A DNA stretch of 24,000 nucleotides from contig NZ_AP023354.1 in the NCBI RefSeq assembly GCF_018324685.1, positions 5,948,426-5,972,425 of the forward strand, in the 5' to 3' direction. A model generated the notes under the pieces. That model did not search any database, had not been told where the DNA came from, and saw only the letters and a list, made by a program, of their open reading frames with translations. The stretch comes from Actinocatenispora sera (GTDB lineage: Bacteria > Actinomycetota > Actinomycetes > Mycobacteriales > Micromonosporaceae). This document shows positions 23,113-24,000 of this stretch, in pieces; positions within the stretch are counted from its first letter, which is position 1, and every line of letters begins with the position of its first letter. The position numbers and the translations under genes are program-made.

Positions 23113-24000
23113 TCACGCGTTGCCCTGGGTCTGCAGCGCGGTCATCGGCCCGTACCGGTGCACCAGGTGGTCGAACTCGGCCTGGTCGTGGAACCGTAGC
23201 GCGCCGCGGCCGAAGTCCTTCGCCACCTCGATGCAGAACCGTACCGCGGACTCCACACTGGACAGTTGGGTGGCGCCGGTGGCGGAGCCGGCCACCGGCG
23301 TCTCGGTCGTGATCGCGACCCCGACCACCGGCGCCGCGGTCGACGTGGTCGGCTGCAGGATCGAGTTGACGTGGTAGGCGCCGTTGCCGTACGGGGTGAT
23401 GTCGGCCATGGCGAGCGGCAGCACCGTCGGCAGCGAGCCGGTGACCCGCTGCTGCACCGCGAGCAGGTCCTCCGACACCCGCAGGATCCAGCCCTGCTTG
23501 ACCGTCGGTGAGATCGCGAACCCGTTGACGTTGACGATCCGGTTGCCCTTGGTGGTGTCCACCGAGAGCACCGCGTCGGCGCCCGGATCGACCTCGTGCT
23601 CGTTCATCGCGGCCAGGTCGACCGGCGAGTCCATGAACGGTACCGGGTCGTGCGGCCGGGTCGGCGCGTCCGGGCAGATGTGCGTGGCGACGACGACGTC
23701 GCCGTCCAGCACGTCGCCGCGGGCGTGCATGGCGGACAGCTTCGCGGCGACCGCCACCGCGGTCAGCGCACCGTCGCCGTCGGAGACGAAGCCGATCTGC
23801 TCCGGCCGGGCGCCGAGGCCGCCGAGCCGACCGATCACGCCGAGCGTCGGCGCGTCGCCACCCGCACTGCGCCCGCGCCGGCCCGGGATCGTCAGCCGGA
23901 CGAAGTCGGTGCTGCCCTTGTCGCCGCGCACCGTGTGCACGGCTGGCGTCGACGCACCGCAGTCGACCAGGTACTTCGCCACCGCGTCGCCGGTGACGGC
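23113..24000 (-). CDS. Conserved hypothetical protein, 5' end beyond the window (possibly DUF1177 family)
   Basis: The frame is open from 23113 to the window edge; the track's 23982 start is a GTG and the frame stays open upstream (…AVTGDAVAKYLVDCG). GC3 is high. The family assignment is from memory only and is weak. Confidence 0.6.
   Translation of the reverse strand, partial: AVTGDAVAKYLVDCGASTPAVHTVRGDKGSTDFVRLTIPGRRGRSAGGDAPTLGVIGRLGGLGARPEQIGFVSDGDGALTAVAVAAKLSAMHARGDVLDGDVVVATHICPDAPTRPHDPVPFMDSPVDLAAMNEHEVDPGADAVLSVDTTKGNRIVNVNGFAISPTVKQGWILRVSEDLLAVQQRVTGSLPTVLPLAMADITPYGNGAYHVNSILQPTTSTAAPVVGVAITTETPVAGSATGATQLSSVESAVRFCIEVAKDFGRGALRFHDQAEFDHLVHRYGPMTALQTQGNA

Noticed and set aside
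1-24000. Mobile elements, prophage, integrative island boundaries or defence systems
   Set aside because: There are no transposase, integrase or recombinase motifs, no terminal inverted repeats flanking a block, and no tRNA attachment site. Composition appears uniformly GC-rich by eye except for short promoter regions.

Overview
This is very GC-rich DNA that looks like an actinomycete chromosome. Called genes have almost all G/C at third codon positions, and every real gene is shadowed by long Arg/Pro/Gly-rich antisense ORFs. No rRNA, tRNA, CRISPR array, transposase, integrase or recognisable defence genes were seen. All family assignments come from motif reading and memory, not database searches. 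Left half (513-10446, minus strand): one tightly packed ten-gene purine oxidation and uricolysis operon. In transcription order it is OHCU decarboxylase, HIU hydrolase, urate oxidase, xanthine dehydrogenase FAD subunit, 2Fe-2S subunit, a guanine/8-oxoguanine-deaminase-like amidohydrolase, the XDH molybdopterin subunit, a small GGCT-fold / allophanate-hydrolase-C-terminal-like protein, allantoinase and allantoicase. Several junctions are 4-nt GTGA start/stop overlaps. A PucR-family regulator is transcribed divergently, followed by a MocA/PucB-like molybdenum-cofactor nucleotidyltransferase. Right half: a mixed set of genes. These are a COG0701-type permease with a vicinal Cys motif, an orphan Pro-rich membrane protein, DUF1684, an orphan B12-binding radical SAM enzyme behind a ~480-nt hairpin-rich gap, a divergent LysR/aldo-keto reductase pair, a two-gene class F sortase module whose putative substrate has an unusual NPDTG sorting motif, dipeptidase E, and a partial conserved hypothetical gene. 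Points worth a second look: (i) the deaminase sits between the XDH subunit genes; (ii) the stand-alone allophanate-hydrolase-C-domain-like gene is coupled to allantoinase; (iii) the 3' ends of both regulator genes (pucR, lysR) are tandemly duplicated, and at pucR this creates a 63-codon bridging ORF with ATGA overlaps at both ends; (iv) the sortase F / NPDTG pair; (v) the orphan radical SAM and its structured upstream region. I found no convincing evidence of a wholly new multi-gene system.
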